Part shown: positions 8,837 through 19,316 of the stretch, in pieces
Layout: every line of letters starts with the position of its first letter
How positions within the stretch are numbered: position 1 is the stretch's first letter
Source: an uncultured Marinilabiliales bacterium
Lineage (GTDB): Bacteria; Bacteroidota; Bacteroidia; Bacteroidales; BM520
Length of the DNA stretch: 34,039 nucleotides
Direction: 5' to 3'
Assembly: GCA_937877575.1 (NCBI GenBank)
Contig: CALFIZ010000077.1
Span: 1 to 34,039 of the forward strand
Translations under genes and position numbers: made by a program
Notes under the pieces: generated by a model
Seen by the model: the letters and a program-made list of their open reading frames with translations, nothing else
What the model was told of the DNA's origin: nothing
The model's database searches: none

Positions 8837-8868
8837 AAAAAAAAACGGGAGCATCGCTCCCGTTTTTT
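8837..8868. terminator. Bidirectional intrinsic terminator between rbr (+) and the aminopeptidase gene (-)
   Basis: A-run, then a 7-bp GC-rich stem CGGGAGC / GCTCCCG (8846-8852 and 8856-8862) with a 3-nt loop, then a T-run (8863-8868). Confidence 0.8.
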
Positions 8869-8889
8869 GTATCCGTTTGTCGGATGAGG

Positions 8890-10278
8890 CTATCCTCTGC
8901 AGACGGCCTCAACGTCGGCAACGGTCTTGGGAATCATGGTGCTTAACACACGGTGACCGTCTTTAGTGACAAGGATGTTGTCTTCAATTCTTATGCCGCC
9001 GAAATCGAGATATTTGGCCACTTTGTCGTAATTGATGTAGTCCTTTGCCCTCTTTTCGCCTTTCCACAAGTCGTACCAGGCAGGTATGAAATAGCATCCC
9101 GGTTCAACCGTAAACACGTGTCCCGGACGGAGTTCCTTGCCCATTCTGAGGGAACCGATGCCTGGTATCTTGCTGCGTTTGGTCTTCTCGTCGTAACCGA
9201 CATAGTCTTCGCCGAGACCTTCCATGTCGTGAACGTCAATGCCCATCTGATGGCCGAGTCCGTGAGGCATGAAGAATGCGCCAACACCGTTCATCACTGC
9301 ATCGTGGGTATTGCCCTTGACAAGTCCGAGTCCCTTCAGCCCGTCAAGCAATGTGGTGACTGCCGCTATATGGTTGTCAACGTTGATTGCGCCCGGCTTC
9401 ACGCCTTCTATGCCTTTCATGTTGGCTGCAAGCACCGCCTCGTAGATGTCTTTCTGCCGTGAGTCGAATTTGCCATCGACAGGGGTGGAGCGCGTGATGT
9501 CGCTGTCGTAGAGTGACTCTATCTCCGCACCTGCGTCAACAACAAGCATCCTGCCCTTTGTCAGCATGTTGTTGTGAGTGTGGTTGTGCATGATATGGCC
9601 GTTTATGGTAACGATGGAAGGGAATGAGTTGTGACCGTTGTGCTGCAGCGTGATGCCATCGACCACACCGGCAACCTGGTATTCATATACTCCCGACTTT
9701 GCCATCTTCATGGCTGCCGTGTGCATTTCGTATGCAACGTCAACAGCCTTCTCGATTTCCTTTATCTCAACAGCCGATTTGATTTCCCTCAAGGAAACGA
9801 TGGACTTTATCAGTTCAACGGACACATAGTGCTCGATGGCACACGGCTTCAGTCCGACAAGCTTTGACAGCTCGAGTTTCTGCTCGCCCCTGTAAGGTTT
9901 TACGAAATGGATTCTGCGGCCTTTGCCAATGGCCTCGTTTAGATAGTCGTGTAGTGTGGAGTAGTCTCTCACTGTGCTGACACCGGCTTTGGCTGCGTTT
10001 TCGGTAAGTTTGGGCTGCGGTCCCATCCAGATGATGTCATCCATGGTAAGCTCTGTGCCGAATATGATGTCTTCACCCGATTCAATGTCTATCACACCTG
10101 CAAGTCCCGGCAGGTCAAGCCCGAAGAAATATGAGAAATTGCTGTCCTGACGGAAATAATAGGCGTTGTCGGGATAGTTGGCCGGTGCCTCCACATTTCC
10201 GAGGAAAAGAATTACACCGGAATTGACTTTTTTGCGGAGTTTCTTCCTTCTTTCAATATAAATTTTGTCTGCAAACAT
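8890..10278 (-). CDS. Xaa-Pro aminopeptidase (M24B, aminopeptidase P family)
   Basis: 462 aa. N-terminal AMP_N-like domain and a pita-bread catalytic domain with metal-ligand contexts (MLVVDAGAEIESLYDSDITRS, HGLGHQMGIDVHD, VFTVEPGCYF, GGIRIEDNILV). Confidence 0.85.
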   Translation of the reverse strand: MFADKIYIERRKKLRKKVNSGVILFLGNVEAPANYPDNAYYFRQDSNFSYFFGLDLPGLAGVIDIESGEDIIFGTELTMDDIIWMGPQPKLTENAAKAGVSTVRDYSTLHDYLNEAIGKGRRIHFVKPYRGEQKLELSKLVGLKPCAIEHYVSVELIKSIVSLREIKSAVEIKEIEKAVDVAYEMHTAAMKMAKSGVYEYQVAGVVDGITLQHNGHNSFPSIVTINGHIMHNHTHNNMLTKGRMLVVDAGAEIESLYDSDITRSTPVDGKFDSRQKDIYEAVLAANMKGIEGVKPGAINVDNHIAAVTTLLDGLKGLGLVKGNTHDAVMNGVGAFFMPHGLGHQMGIDVHDMEGLGEDYVGYDEKTKRSKIPGIGSLRMGKELRPGHVFTVEPGCYFIPAWYDLWKGEKRAKDYINYDKVAKYLDFGGIRIEDNILVTKDGHRVLSTMIPKTVADVEAVCRG

Positions 10279-10307
10279 GGTTAGTTAATTGGTTTATGGA
10301 TTATTGA

Positions 10308-11003
10308 TTATTTTGTGTCAACGAGTTTGAAACCGACGCCATGCACATTCATGATGCTGATGGTCGGATCCTTTGTGAGATATTTGCGCAGTTTCGCCAC
10401 ATATACGTCCATGCAGCGCGCATTGAAATAACTGTCGTCAAGCCAGATCTTCTTCAGCGCGAAACTCCTGTCCAAAACGTCGTTTTTGTTGATGCACAGC
10501 AACTTCAGCAGGTCAGCCTCACGCGATGTGAGCCTCTGGACATCATCGTCAATGGTAAGAGTCTGTTTTGTGTAGTTGAAGACATATCTGCCGATGGTGA
10601 ACGAGTTTTCGCTGCCGGAACCGTAAGGGTTGCAGCGTCTGACAATGGCTTCGATTTTCATGATGAGCTCTTCAAGACTGAACGGCTTGGTCATGTAATC
10701 GTCGGCACCAAGGTCGTACCCCTTTTTCTTGTCTTCGTCAAGTGACTTCGCGGTAAGGAATAAGATTGGAATCTTGTGGTCTATTTCACGGATTTCCTTG
10801 GCGAGAGTGAAGCCGTCTTTGATGGGCATCATGACGTCAAGGATGCAGAAATCAAAACTTTCGCTTTTGTAAGCCTGTATCGCTTCTTCACCGTTAACGT
10901 AAAGTTTTGTCGGATATCCCTTTGCATCCAAATAGGTTTTCAGGGTCAGTCCGAGATTCGGGTCGTCTTCTGCCAATAAGATTGAGATTTGATTTTCGTT
11001 CAT
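10308..11003 (-). CDS. OmpR-family response regulator (receiver plus winged-helix DNA-binding domain)
   Basis: 231 aa. ILLAEDDPNLG...DFCILDVMMPIKDGF...LTAKS, with a C-terminal trans_reg_C-like LTSREADLLKLL...VYVAKLRKYL...IMNVHGVGFKL. Overlaps the kinase gene by 4 nt (ATGA). Confidence 0.9.
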   Translation of the reverse strand: MNENQISILLAEDDPNLGLTLKTYLDAKGYPTKLYVNGEEAIQAYKSESFDFCILDVMMPIKDGFTLAKEIREIDHKIPILFLTAKSLDEDKKKGYDLGADDYMTKPFSLEELIMKIEAIVRRCNPYGSGSENSFTIGRYVFNYTKQTLTIDDDVQRLTSREADLLKLLCINKNDVLDRSFALKKIWLDDSYFNARCMDVYVAKLRKYLTKDPTISIMNVHGVGFKLVDTK

Positions 11004-12454
11004 GATTGTTTTCTATTTTTTCTGATTATTTTCGCTGTTGGTTTTTCCTGATATAGCGGAAGATAGACGGAGAAAACGGAGCCTTTGCCGAGCTCGCTTT
11101 CCACTTCAATGTGCCCGTTATGTGCCTCCACTATCGATTTGGTATAGCTTAATCCGAGACCGTAGCCCTTGACATCATGAATGTCACCGGTCGGCACGCG
11201 ATAAAGCTTGTAGAATATCTTTTTCAGTTCTGATTTTGCAATACCTACGCCATTATCTATAATGCTGATAACGACAAAATTATTGTGTGATTCGGTTGAA
11301 ATTTTTATTATTGGTTTCTTGGGTGAATATTTGTTGGCATTGTCGAGAAGATTGGAGATGACATTGGTGATATGCACCTTGTCACCGTAAATGTCGGTGT
11401 CAGTGGCATTCAAATCCAATATCAGCTCACCGTCCTTGATTTCCACCTTCATCTTGAACTGTTCGGCTATTTCCACTATAACCTCGTGAATGTCAAGTTT
11501 TTCCATTTGGAAGTTCATCTTGCCGTTGCTTATTTTCGCTGTGGTCAGAATCTTGTCGGCCATTTCACCGAGCCGTTTGTTTTCGTCGCGGATGGTCTTA
11601 AGATATTTGTCAATAAGCTCCCGGTCCTTGCTTATAGTCGGGTCACTGAGCATTTCGCTGGCGAGGGCAATGGTGGAGATTGGCGTCTTGAACTCATGCG
11701 TCATATTGTTAAGGAACTCATTCTCCTCTTCAACTAACCGTTTCTGTTTGATGATGTTTTTAAGCGCAACAAAATAAGTGCAGGCAAGCAGAATCACAAT
11801 TAGAGAAGTGGCTAACAGAAGAGGGGTAAGACCTTTCAGGAGACTTTGGGTGTTGTCGGGAAAGTATATCAGAAGATAAGACGGATGTTTCATCTTGTCG
11901 GAAGGAAAGAGTACAAATGAGGAGGCATTGTTAAAAAAAACCTCCCTGTTCCGGAAATGTTTCCAAAGCAACGTGTCTCTGACCTGATGATATACGGCAT
12001 ATTCATATTCCGATGTTATGTTCCTTTTCTTAAGGTTCACGTCAATGAGCGAATCAAGGACATTAGGATTGATACGCTCTTCTATAAGCCGGTTTTTGTT
12101 CTTGTTGTTGATGTGTTTGATGAATTCGTTGGTGAGAAGTATCTTGTTTGCATATTTGTCATCGCTTTCCGCAAGCTGGTCGTGACTGTATTCGTATGCG
12201 TCAAGCTCTTCTTTTGACGGAATGTGATTGTCGATTTCGTCTTCATTATAAAACAAAATGGCCTCTTCTGCCAACTCATTGCGTTCCAAGGTCCTGACGA
12301 CTTCAAGCATCGCACCTGTAACCTGATAGTTGAAACTTTCCTTTTCTGAATTAATGGTCTTGACTATCCAATAAAACTGAATGCCGATGATGCCTACAAA
12401 TGCAAGCCCCATCAAAGTCGCTATAAAAATCGCTATGTTCTTGGTGGCTTTCAT
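11000..12454 (-). CDS. Sensor histidine kinase (two TM segments, HisKA plus HATPase_c)
   Basis: 484 aa. H-box FLNNMTHEFKTPIS, N-box NLLDNANKYS, G-boxes IDNGVGI and GYGLGLS. Confidence 0.9.
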   Translation of the reverse strand: MKATKNIAIFIATLMGLAFVGIIGIQFYWIVKTINSEKESFNYQVTGAMLEVVRTLERNELAEEAILFYNEDEIDNHIPSKEELDAYEYSHDQLAESDDKYANKILLTNEFIKHINNKNKNRLIEERINPNVLDSLIDVNLKKRNITSEYEYAVYHQVRDTLLWKHFRNREVFFNNASSFVLFPSDKMKHPSYLLIYFPDNTQSLLKGLTPLLLATSLIVILLACTYFVALKNIIKQKRLVEEENEFLNNMTHEFKTPISTIALASEMLSDPTISKDRELIDKYLKTIRDENKRLGEMADKILTTAKISNGKMNFQMEKLDIHEVIVEIAEQFKMKVEIKDGELILDLNATDTDIYGDKVHITNVISNLLDNANKYSPKKPIIKISTESHNNFVVISIIDNGVGIAKSELKKIFYKLYRVPTGDIHDVKGYGLGLSYTKSIVEAHNGHIEVESELGKGSVFSVYLPLYQEKPTAKIIRKNRKQS

Positions 12455-12486
12455 TTTTTTTCTATGCTTTTCTGTCTTTTTATTCG

Positions 12487-12494
12487 CAAAGGTA
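12487..12494 (-). promoter_or_regulatory. -7 promoter box TACCTTTG (minus strand) for the kinase/regulator operon
   Basis: The plus strand reads caaaggta, 33 nt upstream of the kinase ATG at 12454. Confidence 0.5.
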
Positions 12495-12588
12495 AATATT
12501 TTTTATGTAAACGAATGTTAAAAAACATGGATTAATTTTTAAAAGTCAGATATGATGTTTTTTTCAGCATTGATAGTCAAAAATCAAT

Positions 12589-12596
12589 TATCTTTG
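12589..12596 (+). promoter_or_regulatory. -7 promoter box TATCTTTG for the cyclophilin gene
   Basis: TATCTTTGCAAG, 29 nt upstream of the ATG at 12625. Confidence 0.5.
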
Positions 12597-12624
12597 CAAG
12601 TTAGTGTTTAAAATAAAAAATAGA

Positions 12625-13449
12625 ATGAAGAAATTATTTTTGGTTATGGTTACAGCTTTATGTTTGACATCCTGTAATAGTCAGACCAGGCAGGGTGACG
12701 TCATTATCCATACGGATTTGGGTGACATGGTCGTTGTATTGTATGATGAGACTCCGAAACACAAGGAAAACTTCTTGAAACTCGCAGGTGAGGGGTATTA
12801 CGACAGTCTGCTGTTTCATAGGGTTATAAAGGATTTCATGGTTCAGGGCGGTGACCCTAACTCCAAGAATGCAAAACCGGGTGTACAACTTGGCAACGGT
12901 GGTCCCGATTACACTATAGAGGCGGAATTTGTCCCGTCGTATATCCATAAAAAAGGCGCTCTTGCTGCTGCTCGCCAGGGCGACAATGTGAACCCTCAGA
13001 AACGTTCCTCCGGCTCCCAGTTCTATATCGTACAAGGCAAGACCTACAATGATGCCCAACTTCAACAAATGAACAATAGCAGGGAACAGACAAGAATCCA
13101 GGATATTTTCAGCCAATTTATCCATAGGCCGGAAAACTCCCAATACCTGCAACAACTTATTGAGGCTCAACATGCTAATAATCAGAAGGCTTATGCCGAT
13201 GTTATCAATGAAATCGAACCGATTATCATGAATGAACATAAAAACGATTCTTCATGGATGCTTACTCCTGAACAGTGTGAGATTTATAAGACTGTCGGCG
13301 GTACTCCGTTCCTCGACACACAATACACAGTATTTGGAGAGGTTATCGAAGGCCTCGATGTCATTGACAAAATAGCTGCTGTGCAGACAGACAGAAGTGA
13401 CAGACCTGTCAAGGATGTAAAGATGTGGATGGAGATAATTAAGAAATAA
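12625..13449 (+). CDS. Cyclophilin-type peptidyl-prolyl cis-trans isomerase, lipoprotein, with a long internal insert
   Basis: The track ORF starts at a GTG (12604). The ATG at 12625 gives MKKLFLVMVTALCLTSC, a lipobox. Cyclophilin core FHRVIKDFMVQGGDP, SQFYIV, YTVFGEVIEGLDVIDKI. Confidence 0.9.
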   Translation: MKKLFLVMVTALCLTSCNSQTRQGDVIIHTDLGDMVVVLYDETPKHKENFLKLAGEGYYDSLLFHRVIKDFMVQGGDPNSKNAKPGVQLGNGGPDYTIEAEFVPSYIHKKGALAAARQGDNVNPQKRSSGSQFYIVQGKTYNDAQLQQMNNSREQTRIQDIFSQFIHRPENSQYLQQLIEAQHANNQKAYADVINEIEPIIMNEHKNDSSWMLTPEQCEIYKTVGGTPFLDTQYTVFGEVIEGLDVIDKIAAVQTDRSDRPVKDVKMWMEIIKK

Positions 13450-13474
13450 AAACACGTAAAGAAAACTAAAATAT

Positions 13475-14476
13475 ATGATTAACGATATTGACCAGATTAT
13501 CAAAGAGATGCAGGATTTTGCATCCGACAGGTCTGAGGAATTCAAACTTAAGTTCTTAAGTAAAAAAGGCAAAATCCAGGAACTTTTCGATGAATTCCGT
13601 AATGTGAGACCGGAAGAGAAAAAGGAGCTGGGACAACGTCTCAATGCTCTCAAAAATATGGCACAGGCTCGTTTCGCTGAACTTCAGGCTAAAGAACAAC
13701 AGTTTTTCACCGCTTCAAAAATTGAAGATATGACAAGGGATGTTGCAACTGACAGCATAGGTTCCATACATCCTCTGACACTCGTCAGACGTGAGATCTG
13801 CGACATATTTTCAAGAATCGGCTTTACTGTTGCCGAAGGTCCTGAGATAGAAGATGACTGGCATCTGTTCAGCGCATTGAATTTCCCTCCGGAACATCCT
13901 GCCCGCGATATGCAGGACACCTTCTTTGTGGAGAAGGACGTTGCCCTGCGTACACACACGTCTTCTGTTCAGATACGCTGCCTCGAAAAGGAATCTGTCC
14001 CCGTGAGAAAGATTTTCCCGGGACGTGTTTTTCGTAATGAGGCAATATCAGCCCGCGCCCACTGCATGTTCCATCAGGTGGAAGGACTCTATGTGGATAA
14101 AAATGTGTCATTCAAGGACTTGAAACAGGTACTCCTGTATTTTGCAGAGGAAATGTTCGGCCCCGACACTAAAATCAGACTGAGACCGTCGTATTTCCCG
14201 TTCACCGAACCTTCAGCTGAAATGGACGTGACGTGCTCTATCTGCGGCGGCAAGGGCTGCAATATCTGCAAGAACAGCGGTTGGGTTGAAATCCTCGGCT
14301 GCGGTATGGTTGACCCTAATGTGTTGAAAAACTGTAATATAGACCCATCGATCTATTCGGGATACGCTTTCGGCATGGGTATCGAAAGAATCTCCATGCT
14401 CAAATACAACACCAACGATATACGCCTTTATTTCGACAATGACGTCAGGTTCCTGAGTCAGTTTAAGAACGCATGA
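13475..14476 (+). CDS. pheS: Phenylalanine--tRNA ligase alpha subunit
   Basis: 333 aa. Class II motifs (HPARDMQDTFF, RTHTSSVQIR, FRNEAISARAHCMFHQVEG, GYAFGMGIERISMLKY). Confidence 0.95.
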   Translation: MINDIDQIIKEMQDFASDRSEEFKLKFLSKKGKIQELFDEFRNVRPEEKKELGQRLNALKNMAQARFAELQAKEQQFFTASKIEDMTRDVATDSIGSIHPLTLVRREICDIFSRIGFTVAEGPEIEDDWHLFSALNFPPEHPARDMQDTFFVEKDVALRTHTSSVQIRCLEKESVPVRKIFPGRVFRNEAISARAHCMFHQVEGLYVDKNVSFKDLKQVLLYFAEEMFGPDTKIRLRPSYFPFTEPSAEMDVTCSICGGKGCNICKNSGWVEILGCGMVDPNVLKNCNIDPSIYSGYAFGMGIERISMLKYNTNDIRLYFDNDVRFLSQFKNA

Positions 14477-17040
14477 TGAAACGCACAGGTAAATTCATAG
14501 TGTCGGCGGTATTCCTGCTGGTTGCTGTCACTGCCGCATTGTACTACAGCGGTGTCATCAACTGCAGGAAACAAACAGCCAAAACGGTGGTACTCAACGC
14601 CAACTGGTCATTCTCATTCGATGACAGGTGGCTCGATGCCCGTGTTCCCGGCTGTATCCACTTGGATTTGCTTGAAAACAATCTCATCCCCGACCCGTTC
14701 TTCGGGACTAACGAGGATTCAGTGGCCTGGGTCGCTGAAAAGGAATGGACTTACAGGACTTACTTCAACAAGTCGCAACTGAAAGGATATGACAACGCCG
14801 CCCTTGTGTTCGACGGCCTCGACACGTACTCCCAGGTGTTCCTGAACGGCAGTATGCTCGGTGAAACCGACAATATGTACGTCAGATGGGAATTCCCGAT
14901 TGATGCGGAATCATTGAAGGAAGAAAAAAACGAACTCATCGTGAAGTTCTTCCCGTCAAGAAGGATAGAACAGCTTAAAGAAGCTGAAAACGGTTATCCT
15001 CTTCCGGAACTTTATGCGTTCTCCCGTAAGGCTCCATACCAGTATGGCTGGGACTGGGGACCTAAACTCACCACTTGCGGAATTTGGCAGCCTGTTTATT
15101 TTGAATTGTGGAATGACTTCAAAATCATTGATTTACAGATATTCCAAAACAGTTTGTCCGACAGTCTCGCAAATGTGACGTTTCAAGTCAGAATACTTTC
15201 CGACGGCAACACCGCAGCGGATGTTGATTGCAGGATAAACGGAAGGAAAGTCAGTTTCGGTAAGATTAATCTATCATCCGGCATAAACAGCTACACGGTG
15301 AAATGCGATATCGAAAATCCTGCCCGCTGGTGGCCTGACGGTCTCGGCAAACAGACGATGTATGATGCCGAAGTCGTGGTCAGCGACAAAAAACATAAGG
15401 ACAAAGGATACTCGCGTTTCGGGTTGAGAACGATTGAACTCAGCAGGGAAAAGGATTCTGCGGGTTCGGAATTCAAGTTCACCGTCAATGGTATTCCTGT
15501 CTTTATGAAGGGCGCCAATTACATTCCGCCTGAGAGTTTCATTACAAGGATGACGGATGAAAGATACCGCGAACTGATACAGGACTGCAAGGATGCCAAT
15601 ATGAACATGCTGAGAGTGTGGGGCGGCGGACAGTATGAAAATGATGCCTTTTATCGTTGCTGCGATGAGGCGGGAATACTTGTATGGCAGGACTTTATGT
15701 TCTGCGGTTCTTTGTATCCTACTGATTCTGCAATGCTTAAATCTGTCAAGGACGAGGCTGTACATCAGATAGGCAGATTGAGAAACCATCCGTGTATTGC
15801 CTTGTGGTGCGGTAACAACGAAGTGAAGAACGGTTGGGAAGACTGGGGCTGGAAAAATTCTTACACCAACGCTCAATGTGACAGTCTCTCAGCCGGTTAT
15901 GATATTATTTTCAAACAAATTCTGCCAAACATGGTGGATTTGTTTGACAAGGGGCGTCCTTACGTCCACACATCTCCCGAATGGGGATGGGGGCACCATG
16001 AATGTGTCACAGACGGCGACTCGCACTATTGGGGTGTATGGTGGGGTGAACAGCCTTTTGAGGTCTGGAGCGAAAAAACCGGCAGATTCATGTCGGAATA
16101 CGGCTTCCAATCCTATCCGCAGCTGTCAACAATCCGGTCGTTCACCAATGAGGAAGACAGATATGTGGGCTCGGCAGCGATGAGCAAACATCAGAAACAT
16201 GTCCGCGGTACTAAAATCATAAACGATATGATGGATAAGTACTTCGGTATTCCTGACGGTTTCGACAACTACTTATATGTCAGTCAGTTGACACAGGCGT
16301 ATGGTATCGGTAATGCTCTCGAAACCCATAGAATGAAGATGCCTTACTGCATGGGTACTCTCTTCTGGCAGTTAAACGACTGCTGGCCTGTGGTCTCGTG
16401 GAGCAGCGTGGATTATTACGGCAACTGGAAGGCTTTACAATACAAAGCGAAGAAGGTTTTCGAACCTCTGATTATCGCCACTGAAATGCACCACGATAGC
16501 ATTTATATCTATCTTGTTTCCGATTTGCTCGAGGATACAATCGGTACGGTTGACATAAACATCTGCAACTTCAACGGTGAAGTTCTTCGCCATGACATGG
16601 TAGGAAATCGCGTGGCTCAAGCTAACACCTCATCGCTGGTTGTGATTTATCCTGTTAGAACCGATTTGATGGCGCAGAAAGACGATATATATGTGCATAT
16701 ATCGTATATTAATGATAATAAGATTGTTACAGATAAAATACTATATCTCGACTATCCGAAAAATCTTTCTCTTCCTCAGCCGCATGTCAATGTTGAAGTC
16801 ATGCCCGATGGGGAAATATGTAATATCAACATAACTGCAAGGACATTCGTAAAGGATTTGTATATCTATACTGACCCTTACGTAAAAGGAAGATTTTCAG
16901 ATAATTACTTTGATATGGAACCGGGTGCAAGGAAAAAAATTGTTTTTGTACCATCGGAGGGACAGCATTTCAACAAGATTTCATTCAAGGTAAAGGCCTA
17001 TAACAGCATTAACAACAATTCAGTGGAAGGAGCAAGGTGA
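14473..17040 (+). CDS. Glycoside hydrolase family 2, beta-mannosidase-like
   Basis: 855 aa with an N-terminal signal/anchor. It shows YQYGWDWGP, the acid/base context WCGNNEV and the nucleophile context FMSEYGFQSYP. The start overlaps the pheS stop (ATGA). Confidence 0.8.
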   Translation: MMKRTGKFIVSAVFLLVAVTAALYYSGVINCRKQTAKTVVLNANWSFSFDDRWLDARVPGCIHLDLLENNLIPDPFFGTNEDSVAWVAEKEWTYRTYFNKSQLKGYDNAALVFDGLDTYSQVFLNGSMLGETDNMYVRWEFPIDAESLKEEKNELIVKFFPSRRIEQLKEAENGYPLPELYAFSRKAPYQYGWDWGPKLTTCGIWQPVYFELWNDFKIIDLQIFQNSLSDSLANVTFQVRILSDGNTAADVDCRINGRKVSFGKINLSSGINSYTVKCDIENPARWWPDGLGKQTMYDAEVVVSDKKHKDKGYSRFGLRTIELSREKDSAGSEFKFTVNGIPVFMKGANYIPPESFITRMTDERYRELIQDCKDANMNMLRVWGGGQYENDAFYRCCDEAGILVWQDFMFCGSLYPTDSAMLKSVKDEAVHQIGRLRNHPCIALWCGNNEVKNGWEDWGWKNSYTNAQCDSLSAGYDIIFKQILPNMVDLFDKGRPYVHTSPEWGWGHHECVTDGDSHYWGVWWGEQPFEVWSEKTGRFMSEYGFQSYPQLSTIRSFTNEEDRYVGSAAMSKHQKHVRGTKIINDMMDKYFGIPDGFDNYLYVSQLTQAYGIGNALETHRMKMPYCMGTLFWQLNDCWPVVSWSSVDYYGNWKALQYKAKKVFEPLIIATEMHHDSIYIYLVSDLLEDTIGTVDINICNFNGEVLRHDMVGNRVAQANTSSLVVIYPVRTDLMAQKDDIYVHISYINDNKIVTDKILYLDYPKNLSLPQPHVNVEVMPDGEICNINITARTFVKDLYIYTDPYVKGRFSDNYFDMEPGARKKIVFVPSEGQHFNKISFKVKAYNSINNNSVEGAR

Positions 17041-18173
17041 TGTTTTTCAAGGATATATACGGAAATACGGCTGTTAAGCATCATTTGGTCAGGATGGTGG
17101 AAGACAACAGGTTAAGTCATGCCATTCTGTTTTCAGGTCAGGAGGGAGATGCCAAACTGCAGCTTGCGATTGCATTTGCGGCATACCTCAACTGTGAGAA
17201 CCCTCATGACGGTGATGCCTGCGGCGAATGTCCGTCCTGCATTCAAATGAAAAAGCTTTCCCATCCCGAACTGCATTTTATCTTTCCTATTGCCGGTTCC
17301 GTAAAGAAATCATCGGAACCATCCAGCAGTGACCATATAGAGGAGTGGCGGGATTTCATCAACAGAACCGACGGTTTCGGGACGCTCAGCGACTGGTATG
17401 ACTCCATCGGTGTCACTACAGGTCAGGGCATAATCAATGCCAATGACTGCAATAACATTATCAGAACTTTGAGCTATACATCCTATCAGTCGAAATATAA
17501 AGTGGTGATTATATGGATGATAGAGCGTCTGTTCCATGCTGCTGCCCCAAAATTGCTGAAGATTCTCGAAGAACCGCCAGAGGATACTTTGTTCATATTG
17601 ATTACTGAAGACAGAAGTGCAATACTCGATACGATTCTGTCAAGAACGCAGACTCTCAGCATACCTGCATTTACTGCGAATGATATCAGCGGTTATCTGA
17701 AGGCAAAGTTTGACATTCCTGCTGAGGAAGCCGCCAAGTTTGCCGAGTTTTCCGACGGGAATGCCGCTATGGCAGTCAATATGGTGCTTTCGCCTGAGAC
17801 CAACAGCAACTTCTTCGACGAATTTATCCAGTGGATGAGGATATGCCTTCAGGCCGACATGCTGAAGATTCTTCCGTTTGTGGAGGATTTTTCTAAAAAC
17901 AACCGTGAAAAGGTGCTGATGTTTCTGAGGAGTTCACTTTCCCTGCTGAGACAAGCTCTTTATCTGAACACAACGGGTAAGATGTCAATACCTATACCTG
18001 AGAGTCAGATGGCGACGTTTACAAAGTTCGCGCAGTTTGTATCGCCGTCGAACATAGCCATATTCAATACTGCCATTAACCAGACAATATACAGAATAGA
18101 ACGCAATGGCTTGATTTCCCTGCTGATGACAAATTTAACCATTAATCTTTGCAGGGCTTTTAAGAAAAAATAA
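17040..18173 (+). CDS. holB: DNA polymerase III delta-prime subunit
   Basis: About 377 aa. AAA+ clamp-loader fold: LSHAILFSGQEGDAKLQLAIAFAAYLNC, zinc module CGECPSC, KLLKILEEPPEDTLFILIT, SRTQ. ATG at 17040 overlaps the GH2 stop (TGATG); a GTG at 17037 is the alternative start. Confidence 0.8.
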   Translation: MFFKDIYGNTAVKHHLVRMVEDNRLSHAILFSGQEGDAKLQLAIAFAAYLNCENPHDGDACGECPSCIQMKKLSHPELHFIFPIAGSVKKSSEPSSSDHIEEWRDFINRTDGFGTLSDWYDSIGVTTGQGIINANDCNNIIRTLSYTSYQSKYKVVIIWMIERLFHAAAPKLLKILEEPPEDTLFILITEDRSAILDTILSRTQTLSIPAFTANDISGYLKAKFDIPAEEAAKFAEFSDGNAAMAVNMVLSPETNSNFFDEFIQWMRICLQADMLKILPFVEDFSKNNREKVLMFLRSSLSLLRQALYLNTTGKMSIPIPESQMATFTKFAQFVSPSNIAIFNTAINQTIYRIERNGLISLLMTNLTINLCRAFKKK

Positions 18174-18184
18174 ATACAAGACAA

Positions 18185-19297
18185 ATGGATGAAAATAAAG
18201 TTGACAGACAAGGAAACGCATTCCTAAGCCGAGGGTTTATAAAAGAACCTGAGGAGATGCAGAACAATTCACTGTGTTACAGAAGCAGTTGTTCCAAACT
18301 TGATGTCTTTGACCTTAACTATGATATTTCTGACCCTATAGGGGTTAAACAGTATCCGATATGCGAGGTGAGATTTAAAAATTCCACCAAGAATTATTAT
18401 CATGTTCCGGAAGACCTTCATTTGAAAAAAGGTGACATCGTTGCTGTGGAGTCCAATCCGGGGCATGACATCGGTGTGGTTTCAGCAGTCGGAAACATAG
18501 CTATGATGCTTCTTAAGAAGAGAGGCTTGAACGTTGATTCAGAACAAGTTAGAAAGGTTTATCGTAAAATCAGGAATAATGATATAGAGAAATGGGTCAC
18601 TGCCGTTCACAAAGAACAGTCAACCCTTGAGGAAACAAAAAAGATTATTGCAGAACTCGGGCTTGACATGAAGCTCAATGACGTTGAGTATCAGGGAGAC
18701 GGTAATAAGGCCATTTTCTATTATTCAGCCGATGACCGTGTGGATTTCCGAGAGTTAATAAAGATTCTTGCTGAACGTTTCAGAATCAGAGTTGAGATGA
18801 AACAGATAGGTATCCGTCAGGAGGCAAGCAGAATTGGTGGCATCGGTTCCTGTGGAAGAGAACTTTGCTGTGCGACGTGGATAACGAAATTCACGTCAGT
18901 GACAACAGTATGCGCAAAGGTTCAGCAACTGTCGCTCAATCCTACTAAACTCGCCGGTCAGTGCGGCAAACTGAAATGTTGCATGAACTTCGAATATGAC
19001 ATGTATGTCGATGCTTTGAAGGAATTCCCCGACAGCAATATAGTACTGAAAACTCAGGTCGGAGATGCCTCTTTCGTAAAAAGCGATGTCTTCAAAAAGC
19101 TGATGTGGTATTCATACACCAATTCAAACGACAATTCCATCATGTCAATTCCTATCGACAAGGTAAGAGAAATCATTGAGATGAACAAAAAAGGCAAACT
19201 TCCTCCTAACATCGAGGATTATGCTGAGGAAAAAGAGGAGAGAGTTGAAGATGACGGAGTGGTTACCGCTGACGACCTTACCCGTTTTGATGACTGA
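18185..19297 (+). CDS. PSP1 domain protein (YaaT/RicT-like)
   Basis: 370 aa. PSP1 C-terminal region: IRVEMKQIGIRQEASRIGGIGSCGRELCCATWITKF...LAGQCGKLKCCMNFE. The position after holB is the conserved arrangement. Confidence 0.8.
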   Translation: MDENKVDRQGNAFLSRGFIKEPEEMQNNSLCYRSSCSKLDVFDLNYDISDPIGVKQYPICEVRFKNSTKNYYHVPEDLHLKKGDIVAVESNPGHDIGVVSAVGNIAMMLLKKRGLNVDSEQVRKVYRKIRNNDIEKWVTAVHKEQSTLEETKKIIAELGLDMKLNDVEYQGDGNKAIFYYSADDRVDFRELIKILAERFRIRVEMKQIGIRQEASRIGGIGSCGRELCCATWITKFTSVTTVCAKVQQLSLNPTKLAGQCGKLKCCMNFEYDMYVDALKEFPDSNIVLKTQVGDASFVKSDVFKKLMWYSYTNSNDNSIMSIPIDKVREIIEMNKKGKLPPNIEDYAEEKEERVEDDGVVTADDLTRFDD

Positions 19298-19316
19298 TAT
19301 TCTGATAGTTGGACTT

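Noticed and set aside
8953-9462. 169-aa plus-strand ORF
   Set aside because: It is antisense to the aminopeptidase P gene. Its composition is typical of a shadow ORF.
12658-13239. 193-aa minus-strand ORF
   Set aside because: It is antisense to the cyclophilin gene, whose catalytic motifs are unambiguous.
15274-15876. 200-aa minus-strand ORF
   Set aside because: It is antisense to the GH2 gene and shows no motifs.
19221-19316. Upstream extension of the gldH ORF overlapping the PSP1 3' end
   Set aside because: The lipoprotein signal peptide with its lipobox begins at the ATG at 19317. The extension has no signal-peptide character.
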